In this document: positions 1-8,583 of the stretch, piece after piece
Layout: every line of letters begins with the position of its first letter
Numbering within the stretch: the stretch's first letter is position 1
From: a virus
Lineage: Duplodnaviria; Caudoviricetes
Reading direction: 5' to 3' (one strand)
DNA length: 38,079 nt
IMG/VR virus record: IMGVR_UViG_3300035661_000166
Location: 1 to 38,079 of that record
The notes under the pieces: model-generated
The model's input: the letters and a program-made list of their open reading frames with translations, nothing else
What the model was told of the DNA's origin: nothing
Database searches by the model: none
Position numbers and translations under genes: made by a program

Positions 1-2
1 CT

Positions 3-632
3 CTTGGAGGTTTTATAGAGAAAGAAGAAAATCTAAGTCAAGAAGGAGATGCTTGGGTCTATGGGGATGCCCGAGTCTCTGGGAATGCTTGGGTCTCTGG
101 GGATGCTCGGGTCTCTGGGAATGCTTGGGTCTCTGTGGGTGCTCGGGTCTCTGGGAATGCTTGGGTCTATGAGAATGCTCGGGTCTATGGGGTTGCTCGG
201 GTCTATGGGGTTGCTCGGGTCTCTGGGAATGCTCAGGTCTCTGGGGATGCTCAGGTCTATGGGGATGCTTGGGTCTATGAGAATACTTGGGTCTATGGAT
301 ATGCCCGAGTCTTTGGGAATGCTCGAGTCTTTGGGAATGCTTGGGTCTCTGGGAATGCTCGGGTCTTTGGGAATGCTCGGGTCTATGGGGTTGCTCGGGT
401 CTTTGGGAATGCTCGGGTCTCTAGGGATGCTCGGGTCTCTAGGGATGCTCGGGTCTCTAGGGATGCTCGGGTCTCTAGGGATGCTCGGGTCTATGGGGTT
501 GCTCGGGTCTATGGAGATGCTCAGGTCTATGGATATACTCGGGTCTCTAAAAAAGATAATAAAGATAAATTTGAGTACCACATGAAAAGGGTAGAAGAGA
601 GGCACCTACTAAAGAAATCAAATGGACAATAA
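3..632 (+). CDS. Hexapeptide-repeat (left-handed beta-helix-like) phage protein, 5'-truncated by the window edge
   Basis: The frame of ORF 135..632 is open back to base 3 (LGGFIEKEENLSQEGDAWVYGDARVSGNAW...), a typical phage motif preceding [AW]RV[YSF]G[ND] hexapeptides; stop overlaps the primase start. Confidence 0.85.
   Translation, partial: LGGFIEKEENLSQEGDAWVYGDARVSGNAWVSGDARVSGNAWVSVGARVSGNAWVYENARVYGVARVYGVARVSGNAQVSGDAQVYGDAWVYENTWVYGYARVFGNARVFGNAWVSGNARVFGNARVYGVARVFGNARVSRDARVSRDARVSRDARVSRDARVYGVARVYGDAQVYGYTRVSKKDNKDKFEYHMKRVEERHLLKKSNGQ
48..548. repeat. 18-bp coding tandem repeat (about 28 degenerate units, consensus GATGCTCGGGTCTCTGGG)
   Basis: Direct reading; about four identical GTCTCTAGGGATGCTCGG units near 416-488. 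Confidence 0.95.
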
Positions 633-2256
633 ACAATGCCCCATATGTGCTTCTCTAGGTAGGGACAGAGACAAGAACAACTTGTTTAAATCTTCCTACG
701 GAGATTTCTGGTTATGTAGACAAAACGGTACAACGCATGAAGCCTATTATGAACGTGATGGTAAATCAATAGAGGTGCAAGAAACCTATATGAACATAGA
801 AGAAGTACAAACCCTTCCCTTTAGTATGTTGTCTGACCGAAAGATTAACAAAAGCACTTGTGAGTTCTTTGGTGTACGGGTAACAAAGGATGAAATAACA
901 GGTGAGGTTGATGCGCACTATTACCCAAATACGAAGCACGGAAAGCTCTGTGGTTACAAGGTACGGACACTCCCTAAAGACTTTTCCAAGAAAGTTGGAG
1001 AATTAAAAGGAACTGTAGATTTATTTGGCCAGTCGGTCTGTCCACAAAGCGGAAAGAAACTTATGATTACAGGAGGCGAGCTAGATGCCCTTGCAGCATT
1101 CCAAATGCTAAAAGAAAGGTATCCCCAGTACACCCCTTGTGTTGTGTCTCTACCGAAGGGGGAAAACGTGTCCGCAGTAAAGGACAATCTGGAGTTCATC
1201 AAACGGTTTGAAGAAGTAATCATCTATACCGATATGGATGATACAGGACGTAAGTGTGCAGACAGTATTGCCAAACTTATCGGACCCCGATCCCGTATCA
1301 TGGCTACATCTGAAAAGGATGCCTGTGATATGCTTAAAGTAAACAAACAAGGAGAGTTTATAAATGCATACTTCTCAGCAACAGCACGAAGACCGGAGGG
1401 CATTGTATCTGGGGGAGAGATCACCCTTGAACGAATCAGGACAAGAACTATTGAAGGATATGATCTCCAATACCCATTGTTATCACGAATGCAGGGAGGC
1501 TTACGGAAGGGAGAGATTACCACACTTACAGCAGGATCGGGGGTGGGGAAGTCTACTCTGGCTAGAGAAATTGGGTACTATCTTCGCGCTAATCATGACC
1601 TTGTGGTTGGTAATATATTTCTTGAAGAACCTTTGAACAAGACAGTACAGGGTTATATTGCCATTGATAATAATATCCCCTTGGCAACTCTTAGGAAGAA
1701 TCCAGATATACTTACTAATGAACAATGGCAAGCCAGTTACGATAAGCTGATAGCACAGAAATGGTTTGGTCTTGAACACTTTGGGTCTTTGCCTACTGAA
1801 GATTTACTTGATAAGATGCGACACTTGGCTTATGGAGAAGGTTGTGATTTCATTATCCTTGACCATCTATCCCTTGTCTTCTCAGGACAAGAAAGCGGAG
1901 ATGAACGAAAGGATATCGACCGAGCAATGACTGAACTTGCTGCCTTCTGTAATGAGTCTGGGGTGGGTTTGTTGTCTGTTGTACACCTTAGGCGTAATAG
2001 TTCAAAAGGATCATTCAATGAAGGTAATCAAGTTAGTGTTACTGATCTTCGGGGTTCTGCTGCCCTCGAACAGTTATCATGGAACATCATTGCCTTGGAG
2101 CGAGACCAGCAAAGCGAAGAGTCCAAACATATTTCTACCATCCGAGTATTAAAGAATCGTGAGAATGGTTGGACAGGTACAGCAGATGTTTGTGAATATA
2201 GTTTTGATACAGGTAGACTTTTACCAAGAGAAGTAACACTACAAGGAGATTATTAA
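622..2256 (+). CDS. T7 gp4-like DNA primase/helicase
   Basis: N-terminal Zn finger (CPIC), TOPRIM (ITGGELDAL; YTDMDDTG), SF4 helicase Walker A TAGSGVGKS, IILDHLS, DLRGSAALEQLS, LKNR. Confidence 0.95.
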   Translation: MDNKQCPICASLGRDRDKNNLFKSSYGDFWLCRQNGTTHEAYYERDGKSIEVQETYMNIEEVQTLPFSMLSDRKINKSTCEFFGVRVTKDEITGEVDAHYYPNTKHGKLCGYKVRTLPKDFSKKVGELKGTVDLFGQSVCPQSGKKLMITGGELDALAAFQMLKERYPQYTPCVVSLPKGENVSAVKDNLEFIKRFEEVIIYTDMDDTGRKCADSIAKLIGPRSRIMATSEKDACDMLKVNKQGEFINAYFSATARRPEGIVSGGEITLERIRTRTIEGYDLQYPLLSRMQGGLRKGEITTLTAGSGVGKSTLAREIGYYLRANHDLVVGNIFLEEPLNKTVQGYIAIDNNIPLATLRKNPDILTNEQWQASYDKLIAQKWFGLEHFGSLPTEDLLDKMRHLAYGEGCDFIILDHLSLVFSGQESGDERKDIDRAMTELAAFCNESGVGLLSVVHLRRNSSKGSFNEGNQVSVTDLRGSAALEQLSWNIIALERDQQSEESKHISTIRVLKNRENGWTGTADVCEYSFDTGRLLPREVTLQGDY

Positions 2257-2257
2257 A

Positions 2258-2509
2258 ATGGAATGGACAGATTTTAAAGTAGGACAACGTATCACCTGTG
2301 CTGATTATGTTTGTGTGGTGATTGAGGCCCGTCCTCAGGATCAGCATGTGTTATATGAAATTAAGACCCATCATGGAGTAACGTACCCCAAAGAACAAGG
2401 TCTAGTAGATTCCCCAAGGTATTGGAGTGCTCTCATCGACCCAATAGACAAGTTCTGCTATCACATGAAACGGGTAGAGGAAAGGCACCTACGAAAGGCT
2501 ATAGCATAG
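2258..2509 (+). CDS. Hypothetical protein with C-terminal DKFxYHMKRVEERHL tag
   Basis: ATG 1 nt after the primase stop, SD AAGGAG upstream; C-terminus matches that of CDS 3..632. Confidence 0.8.
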   Translation: MEWTDFKVGQRITCADYVCVVIEARPQDQHVLYEIKTHHGVTYPKEQGLVDSPRYWSALIDPIDKFCYHMKRVEERHLRKAIA

Positions 2510-2525
2510 CTAGGAGGCACGATCT

Positions 2526-3278
2526 ATGACTAACCCATACCTGTACCTAGATATTGAAGCTGATGGCCTTCTAGAGGCTTCTACGCAAGTCTGGTGTATT
2601 GTTGCCTTTGATGGGGAGAAATATCTTATTTGGCATATTGACACAGAGGAGGAGTTATGTTACCCTAAGACTTATATAGTATATAAAGATATACAAGAGT
2701 ATCTATCTCTTCTCTCTTCTTATACTCTTGTAATACATAATGGTATCTCTTATGATCTACCTTTACTTGACAAGCTATATGGGTATAAGTATACTGTTAG
2801 TAGGGATGTAGTAGTAGATACTTTACTACTATCATCATTACTATATCCAGATAGGGAAGGTGGGCATTCATTAGAATCGTGGGGAGAGCGATTAAAATTC
2901 AAGAAAGGAGAACATACAGATTGGTCGTGCTTCAGCAATACCATGCTTCAGTATTGTATAAGAGATGTGGATGTGCTTCGGAGAGTTCATCTTGCGCTTC
3001 AAGAAGAAATGCAGGATTGGGATTGGTCACAGGCAATAGATATTGAATATCGTATTGCTGATATAATGACCAGACAGGAAAGTTATGGTGTTCTCTTTGA
3101 TTCTGGTAAAGCTGAGAGCCTTCTCAGCAGAATCGAAGAAGAACTTTCTGAAATAGAAAGTAAGGCTCTTCTGGATATTCCTCTTACGGCTAAAGCAGTC
3201 GGTAAAGAGGTTATGAAACCATTTAAGAAGAATGGAGAATATTCACAAGCTGTTATTGATTGGATAGGAGAACAGTGA
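2526..3278 (+). CDS. polA: Family A DNA polymerase, N-terminal part (3'-5' exonuclease domain)
   Basis: ExoI LDIEADGL, ExoII HNGISYD, HSLESWGERL, ExoIII YCIRDV; SD AGGAGG. Confidence 0.92.
   Translation: MTNPYLYLDIEADGLLEASTQVWCIVAFDGEKYLIWHIDTEEELCYPKTYIVYKDIQEYLSLLSSYTLVIHNGISYDLPLLDKLYGYKYTVSRDVVVDTLLLSSLLYPDREGGHSLESWGERLKFKKGEHTDWSCFSNTMLQYCIRDVDVLRRVHLALQEEMQDWDWSQAIDIEYRIADIMTRQESYGVLFDSGKAESLLSRIEEELSEIESKALLDIPLTAKAVGKEVMKPFKKNGEYSQAVIDWIGEQ
2767..2795 (+). promoter_or_regulatory. Putative internal sigma70 promoter
   Basis: TTGACA (2767-2772), 17 nt, TATACT (2790-2795). Confidence 0.55.
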
Positions 3279-3460
3279 TGCCTGATATAACTATGTGTGA
3301 TAATTGGAACTGCCCCAGTCAGAATGAGTGCTATCGCTTTATAGCTGAACCTGATATGTACCAAAGTTATGCTTACTTTGAAATAGAGGAAGGAGAAAAC
3401 AAGTGTGAATATTTCTGGCCCCTTTACGAGACTCTCATGGTCTCCAATAAATCTAAATAG
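3278..3460 (+). CDS. Small Cys-rich phage protein between the polymerase halves
   Basis: ATG overlaps the upstream stop (TGATG), SD AGGAG; MPDITMCx4Cx5CYRF...CEYFWP. Confidence 0.75.
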   Translation: MPDITMCDNWNCPSQNECYRFIAEPDMYQSYAYFEIEEGENKCEYFWPLYETLMVSNKSK

Positions 3461-4535
3461 TTCTGCCCAAGTCAAATCCTATCTACTTAATCATGGATGG
3501 GTTCCTACTGAGTATAACTATAAGAAAGATAGTAATGGACGTGATCTTTATGATGAGAATGGGGAAAAGATCAAATCTTCCCCAAAACTTACAGAAGATT
3601 CTTTTGATTCGGTGAGTGGAGACCTTCCAAAACTTATTGCAAGACGGAATATTCTCATACACCGTAAGCGTATGCTTAAGAACACAAGGAAGACCGATGA
3701 TGAAGAGACTGGTTGGCTTAACTCCTTGCGAGATGACGGTAGGATATCCGCTGGTGCTTTTTCTCTTGGCACCAATACTGGTCGTATGCGCCACTATAAT
3801 CTCGTTAATGTACCTTCTGTTGATGCTGTATATGGGTATGAAATACGGGATTTATTTACTGTACCGAAAGGTTATAAGTTACTTGGGGTAGATGCTGCTG
3901 CTCTTGAGGCACGGATGGCTGCACATTATGTTTATGTGTATAGCGGTGGACCTGCTATGGCAGACCTGCTTATTAATGGAGACATACATCAAAGTAATGC
4001 TGATCTATGGGGTTGCAGTAGAAAGGCAGCAAAATCCCCATATTACTGTTTATCATACGGGGGTCAAGTCCCAAAGTTTGCAGCTACAATGGGGTGTAGT
4101 CTAAAAGAGGCACAAATACACTTTGATGCTTTCTGGGCTACTTACACTCCACTAACAGAATTCAAGGAGGCAATTACCTCAGTTTGGAAGAAAAGAGGAG
4201 GGAAGCGGGGGGGTTATTTGGCGGGGCTAGATGGTCGTAAACTCTTTGCTCGTAGTGAACATGCTCTGGTCAATCTTATGTTCCAGTCAGCAGGCTCCAT
4301 TACAGTGAAAGTGGCTACGATCTTTTTAGATAAGTGGATCAGGCAAAGGAAACTAGATGCACATCAAGTTATCCATATGCACGATGAAATAGAATTGGAG
4401 GTACGAGAAGACCACATTGAAGAGGTTTCCTATCTTGCATCTAAGGCTTTTATCAAAGCTGGTGAGTTTTTAAAAATTAATGTGCCTATTATCGGAGAAC
4501 CAAAAATAGGAAAATCTTGGGCAGAAGTTCACTAA
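3405..4535 (+). CDS. polA: Family A DNA polymerase, polymerase domain (Tyr762 type)
   Basis: TNTGRMRH, motif A DAAALEAR, motif B RKAAKSPYYCLSYG, motif C HMHDE; GTG start with SD AGGAG. Confidence 0.93.
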   Translation: MNISGPFTRLSWSPINLNSSAQVKSYLLNHGWVPTEYNYKKDSNGRDLYDENGEKIKSSPKLTEDSFDSVSGDLPKLIARRNILIHRKRMLKNTRKTDDEETGWLNSLRDDGRISAGAFSLGTNTGRMRHYNLVNVPSVDAVYGYEIRDLFTVPKGYKLLGVDAAALEARMAAHYVYVYSGGPAMADLLINGDIHQSNADLWGCSRKAAKSPYYCLSYGGQVPKFAATMGCSLKEAQIHFDAFWATYTPLTEFKEAITSVWKKRGGKRGGYLAGLDGRKLFARSEHALVNLMFQSAGSITVKVATIFLDKWIRQRKLDAHQVIHMHDEIELEVREDHIEEVSYLASKAFIKAGEFLKINVPIIGEPKIGKSWAEVH

Positions 4536-4617
4536 ATGACTAGAATCTTATGCAGCTATTCGGAAGGTTTCTTCTAAAAAGAATTGGAAAGAGGTTGTGT
4601 CTAAGTATGATTTTTAA

Positions 4618-4646
4618 TTGACACCTCCCAACATTGGCTGTACAAT
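4618..4646 (+). promoter_or_regulatory. sigma70 promoter upstream of the SSB-like gene
   Basis: TTGACA, 17 nt, TACAAT; intergenic. Confidence 0.8.
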
Positions 4647-4675
4647 ATTAATCTATACTGTGAAAAGGAAATAAC

Positions 4676-5257
4676 ATGGGTCTGAGCAAAGGTTTTGAAG
4701 GTAAGAAGAAATCTAGTGGTCGTATCGAAGATGGTACTTATGTAGCCCGTATCGTTCAATTGATCGACTTGGGTATGCAAGAGATTGAATGGGAAGGTGA
4801 GAAGAAGCAGCAACAGAAAGTGTTCATTACTTTTGAATTCCCAACTGAACGAGTGGAAGTAGATGGTGTTGATCGTCCTCGTTGGTTGAGTAAGGATTAC
4901 ACTGTATCACTCTCCGAGAAAGCAGCCCTGTATAAGCTGCTGAAGGCCGTGGACCCCGATGGTAAGATCACCAGTAAGGGTCGCAATGTTAAAGCCATTC
5001 TAGGGCTTCCTATCATGGTTGAAGTGGGTTCTACCAGTACAGGTAATGCCAAGATTGTTAGTGTTGCGCGTCCAATGAAGGGAATGCCTATTGGAGAGTT
5101 GGAAAATCCTACTACTTTCTTTGATCTAGATTATGCAGATAAGGTTGTCTTTGACAACATGCCTAAGTGGCTGCAAGATAAGATTACCAATGGTATTGGC
5201 TTCAGTTCATCTGTCTTTGAAAAAGAGATTGATGATCTTGACCAGAACCCGTTCTAA
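4676..5257 (+). CDS. Putative single-stranded DNA-binding/annealing protein
   Basis: GTYVARIVQLIDLG N-terminal strand typical of phage SSB-like proteins; acidic tail ending DDLDQNPF; replication context. Confidence 0.7.
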   Translation: MGLSKGFEGKKKSSGRIEDGTYVARIVQLIDLGMQEIEWEGEKKQQQKVFITFEFPTERVEVDGVDRPRWLSKDYTVSLSEKAALYKLLKAVDPDGKITSKGRNVKAILGLPIMVEVGSTSTGNAKIVSVARPMKGMPIGELENPTTFFDLDYADKVVFDNMPKWLQDKITNGIGFSSSVFEKEIDDLDQNPF

Positions 5258-5265
5258 GGTGCCTT

Positions 5266-5478
5266 ATGAGTACGAATGATATTACAGGAGACGAGATAAA
5301 GACTAAACCTTCTTCTGGAGTTTATGGAGGAGATTGGGACAGAACTACTTTTTGTCCAGATGGGAACTGTACTAATACCAGTTGTACCCACCATCGTACA
5401 AAAGTGAGTATAACTAAACCTAATGTATGGTTCCTTGATCGTCCTTTTGATTGTAAGGACTATAAGTATGATGCGTAA
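5266..5478 (+). CDS. Small Cys-rich hypothetical protein
   Basis: Fills the gap between neighbours; SD AAGG; NDITGDEIKTK N-terminus then Cx4Cx4C...C. Confidence 0.65.
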   Translation: MSTNDITGDEIKTKPSSGVYGGDWDRTTFCPDGNCTNTSCTHHRTKVSITKPNVWFLDRPFDCKDYKYDA

Positions 5479-6184
5479 ACCGCTGCAATGTGAAACAGGG
5501 GGCACTAGGCTCCTTGTTGATGGGGATATCCTGCTCTATAGGATAGGTTTCACTACACAGGAGGAAACAGAGGAAATAGCGATTGTTCGTATGAACAACT
5601 ATATTGATGAAATCCTTTTCAATAGTGGTTGTTCAGACTATACAGTGTACCTTACAGACAGCAAAGGAAACTTCCGAAATAAATTATATCCACAATATAA
5701 GGCTAATCGTACTGCAGATAAACCTAAGCACTACCCACTTCTTAAGGAATACTTAATTAATCACGAATATGCAGAAGTAGCTTGGGGACAGGAGGCAGAT
5801 GATGCCCTGGGGATTAATCAAACAGAGACTACTATCATCGCCTCTATTGATAAAGATTTGTTGATGATTCCCGGTAGGCACTATAACTTTGTCAAGAACC
5901 AGCATATAAATATCTCTTATGAAGATGGTATAAAGAGATTTTATATGCAACTATTGACTGGAGACTCCACAGATAACATTCCCGGTCTTCCTAAAGTTGG
6001 TCCTAAAACAGCAGAGAAGATTCTAAATGGATGTGATGACGAAGAGTGTTATAAGGAAAGGGTACTTGAAGCGTACAAGAGCAAGTATCCAGACTTGGAC
6101 GATGCTGCAATTTTAGAAAGGGTAAACCTAATTGGCAAACTTCTCTGGATTCGTAGGAAAGAAGATGAAGATTGGAGCTTTTGA
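5468..6184 (+). CDS. T7 gp6-like 5'-3' exonuclease / RNase H (flap endonuclease family)
   Basis: LLVDGD, YKANR, EADD, DKD, LTGDSTDNIPGLPKVGPKTA; start trimmed from 5423 to the ATG at 5468. Confidence 0.92.
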   Translation: MMRKPLQCETGGTRLLVDGDILLYRIGFTTQEETEEIAIVRMNNYIDEILFNSGCSDYTVYLTDSKGNFRNKLYPQYKANRTADKPKHYPLLKEYLINHEYAEVAWGQEADDALGINQTETTIIASIDKDLLMIPGRHYNFVKNQHINISYEDGIKRFYMQLLTGDSTDNIPGLPKVGPKTAEKILNGCDDEECYKERVLEAYKSKYPDLDDAAILERVNLIGKLLWIRRKEDEDWSF

Positions 6185-6420
6185 TGAAAGTTAAAGTAGA
6201 TTTTGAGGTATTTTTTAGTAATGAGGGTAAGCAGGTCTGTAGAAGTTCTTCTGGTTTTTGTAGCTTCTTACTCTCTACTTTCAGTAATAGCTATTGTTCT
6301 TTTTATGGCGCCAGACTGTTAGAAAGGGATGAGAAGGGTTGGCTACTGCCGACCAGTGGTTGTCCTATTAAAGCTGCCCTAGAGGAACAGCCACATGCCG
6401 ACATACCGAAGCAAGTTTGA
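6184..6420 (+). CDS. Hypothetical protein with four Cys
   Basis: TGATG coupling to the exonuclease stop; SD GGAG. Confidence 0.65.
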   Translation: MKVKVDFEVFFSNEGKQVCRSSSGFCSFLLSTFSNSYCSFYGARLLERDEKGWLLPTSGCPIKAALEEQPHADIPKQV

Positions 6421-6787
6421 AGAAAAGGTAGCAGCTAAATTTATCGAATTGGGTATTGATGCAGCTTATGAAGCAGAGAAGCTACCTTATATAGTTCCTG
6501 AAACAAAGAAAAATTACATACCTGATTGGACTATTGGGAATATACGAATTGAAACAAAAGGACGATTGACTGCTACTGACCGTAGGAAAATGATCCTCGT
6601 CAAGCAATATAATCCTAATATTCGTATTATACTCATATTCATGAACTCAGACGTTAAGCTGAGAAAAGGTAGTTCAACAAGCTATGGACAATGGGCAAAT
6701 AAGGCTGGTTTTGAGTGGTATGATTGGCGTAAGGGTTTACCAAGACAACTAATAAAGGAACTAAAGGATGAAGTTACTATTTCTTGA
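6395..6787 (+). CDS. T7 gp3-like endonuclease I (Holliday junction resolvase)
   Basis: YRSKFE, YIPDW, IETKGR PD-(D/E)xK motif, SYGQWA. Confidence 0.92.
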   Translation: MPTYRSKFEEKVAAKFIELGIDAAYEAEKLPYIVPETKKNYIPDWTIGNIRIETKGRLTATDRRKMILVKQYNPNIRIILIFMNSDVKLRKGSSTSYGQWANKAGFEWYDWRKGLPRQLIKELKDEVTIS

Positions 6788-7523
6788 TGTAGAAACAAGC
6801 CCTAATATCGCTACAGTATGGGGTATCTGGCAGCAGAACATTTCCATTAATCAGCTACACGAAACAAGCCGAGTTATGTGCTATACGGCTAAATGGGCAG
6901 ATGATGAAACACTAATTTTTGATTCAGAGTTTCAATCAACTCATTATGATATGATCGAAGGTCTTCATACACTTTTGTCTCGTGCTGATGCAGTTGTTCA
7001 CTATAATGGTAATAAATTTGATATCCCAATTATCAATCGTGAGTTTCTTCGTTACTCCCTCACACCACCTAAGCCTAGTAAAAATGTAGATTTGTTGCAA
7101 GTTGTCAAAAAGCGGTTTCGATTTGTGAGTAATAAACTAGATCATATTGTCCGTGAACTAGGTATCGGAGAAAAGGCAGAAACAGGTGGACATGAACTTT
7201 GGTTGGAATGTATGGCAGGTGATCCTGCAGCATGGAAAAAGATGGAAGCCTATAATAAGCATGACGTGGTTCTTCTTGAAGGTCTTTATCGCCGTCTTAT
7301 CCCTTGGATTACTAATCACCCTAATTATAGTCTTACAACTAATTCAGAGGTGATTGTGTGTACAAACTGTGGAGGTAGTCACGTGATTAAACGTGGTATG
7401 GAGAAGACTAAGACTCAAATGTATCAACGGTATCACTGTGAAGATTGTGGTACTTGGATGCGTGGTAAGTATACACTTCTTTCCCCAAAGGAAAGCAAGA
7501 ATGTACTTGTACAAGTGGCCTGA
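6768..7523 (+). CDS. DEDD (RNase H-like) exonuclease with C-terminal Zn ribbon
   Basis: FLDVET, HYNGNKFD, YNKHDV; CTNC...CEDC. Confidence 0.88.
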   Translation: MKLLFLDVETSPNIATVWGIWQQNISINQLHETSRVMCYTAKWADDETLIFDSEFQSTHYDMIEGLHTLLSRADAVVHYNGNKFDIPIINREFLRYSLTPPKPSKNVDLLQVVKKRFRFVSNKLDHIVRELGIGEKAETGGHELWLECMAGDPAAWKKMEAYNKHDVVLLEGLYRRLIPWITNHPNYSLTTNSEVIVCTNCGGSHVIKRGMEKTKTQMYQRYHCEDCGTWMRGKYTLLSPKESKNVLVQVA

Positions 7524-7779
7524 TTTTTGGTTACCGCCCCTCAATCTCTTTAATTTCCCAGAATGGAGGTTTTCTGTGCTATCTGAAGCACCACATGCAG
7601 ATCATTATAAGAAGCTTGAACCACAACCAATCACAGTAATTGAAGACTGGCAACTTAATTATAATTTAGGTAATGCTCTAAAGTATATTTCTCGTTGTAA
7701 TTTGAAGGGTAGTAAAAAGGCAGACCTACAGAAAGCTATTTGGTACATTGAAAGGGAATTAAAGAGTGATGAACAATAA
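7501..7779 (+). CDS. DUF3310-family protein
   Basis: HY...GNALKYISR...KG...DLQKAIWYIERE; start uncertain (ATG 7501 or GTG 7576). Confidence 0.8.
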   Translation: MYLYKWPDFWLPPLNLFNFPEWRFSVLSEAPHADHYKKLEPQPITVIEDWQLNYNLGNALKYISRCNLKGSKKADLQKAIWYIERELKSDEQ

Positions 7780-7805
7780 TTGTCATAACCCACATCAGGA
7801 ACATT

Positions 7806-7973
7806 ATGGAACTGACTCTTGAAGAATTTAAGGAGAGGCTCGCTTCAGAGTATTCTGAACAAGAGATTATTGATTTACTTGAAATAGACTCTTTTACGCT
7901 TGTTGAAGTACTCTCTGAATATATTGAAGAACATTTTGATGACCTAAAAGGACAACTTGATGACGGCTTTTAA
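7806..7973 (+). CDS. Small acidic hypothetical protein (55 aa, below the ORF-track cut-off)
   Basis: MELTLEEFKERLASEYSEQEIIDLLEIDS...DDGF; SD AGGA. Confidence 0.75.
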   Translation: MELTLEEFKERLASEYSEQEIIDLLEIDSFTLVEVLSEYIEEHFDDLKGQLDDGF

Positions 7974-8172
7974 AGTTAAAAAATTCATTCTTACTATCGA
8001 AGATAATATAGATGAAAATGGGTTTGTAGTTACTACTACTACTGAACCACCCATTCCAGAGGATATAGAGGAGTTGGAGACCACCCCCTCCGCAGCAGCT
8101 TTTGAATCTATTCTAGGTCACATCAGTTCTAAATTTGAGACTGACCTAAATGCGCGAAAGGCGGTACACTAA
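7960..8172 (+). CDS. Hypothetical protein
   Basis: ATG at 7960 with SD AAGGA; abuts the next gene. Confidence 0.7.
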   Translation: MTAFKVKKFILTIEDNIDENGFVVTTTTEPPIPEDIEELETTPSAAAFESILGHISSKFETDLNARKAVH

Positions 8173-8583
8173 ATGAGTCTTGATCCTATCAGTGCAGTAT
8201 TGGATATTGGTAATACTATTATTACACGTATTTGGCCCGACCCTACACAAGCTGCTGAAGCTAAGTTGAAATTGCTTGAACTTCAGCAATCAGGAGAGCT
8301 TGCCCAGATTGCAGGGCAACTCGATATTAATAAAGTAGAGGCAGCTAGTACAAGTCTCTTTGTAAGTGGGTGGCGACCTTTTGCAGGTTGGGTTGGCGGT
8401 ATCAGTCTCTTCTATGCAGCAATGGGAGAGCCTGTTCTACGCTTTGTTGCCACTGTACTTTATAACTATACGGGGTCTTTCCCTGTTCTAGATACGGGGC
8501 TGACGTTGCAAGTTCTTCTAGGTATGCTTGGTCTGGGTGGCCTTCGTACTTATGAGAAACTGAACAATGTAGCTAATAAATAA
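8173..8583 (+). CDS. 3-TM holin-like protein (GTA-holin/DUF3154 type)
   Basis: INKVEA...FVSGWRPFAGWV...LLGMLGLGGLRTYEK signature. Confidence 0.85.
   Translation: MSLDPISAVLDIGNTIITRIWPDPTQAAEAKLKLLELQQSGELAQIAGQLDINKVEAASTSLFVSGWRPFAGWVGGISLFYAAMGEPVLRFVATVLYNYTGSFPVLDTGLTLQVLLGMLGLGGLRTYEKLNNVANK

Noticed and set aside
48-548. CRISPR-like appearance of the 18-bp array
   Set aside because: Units are contiguous with no unique spacers and encode protein.
33-605. ORFs 33..605 (-) and 49..585 (+) with DPSIPR / MLGSLG repeats
   Set aside because: Shadow frames of a stop-free 18-bp repeat; only the third + frame has the recognisable family motif and the shared C-terminal tag.
3279-3404. Intron or stop-codon readthrough joining the polymerase halves
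   Set aside because: No P7/P3 core is visible, 126 nt is short for a group I intron, and all three stop types occur in frame; other genes read normally in the standard code.
4536-4577. 13-aa ORF directly after the polymerase stop
   Set aside because: No SD or recognisable motif; likely chance.
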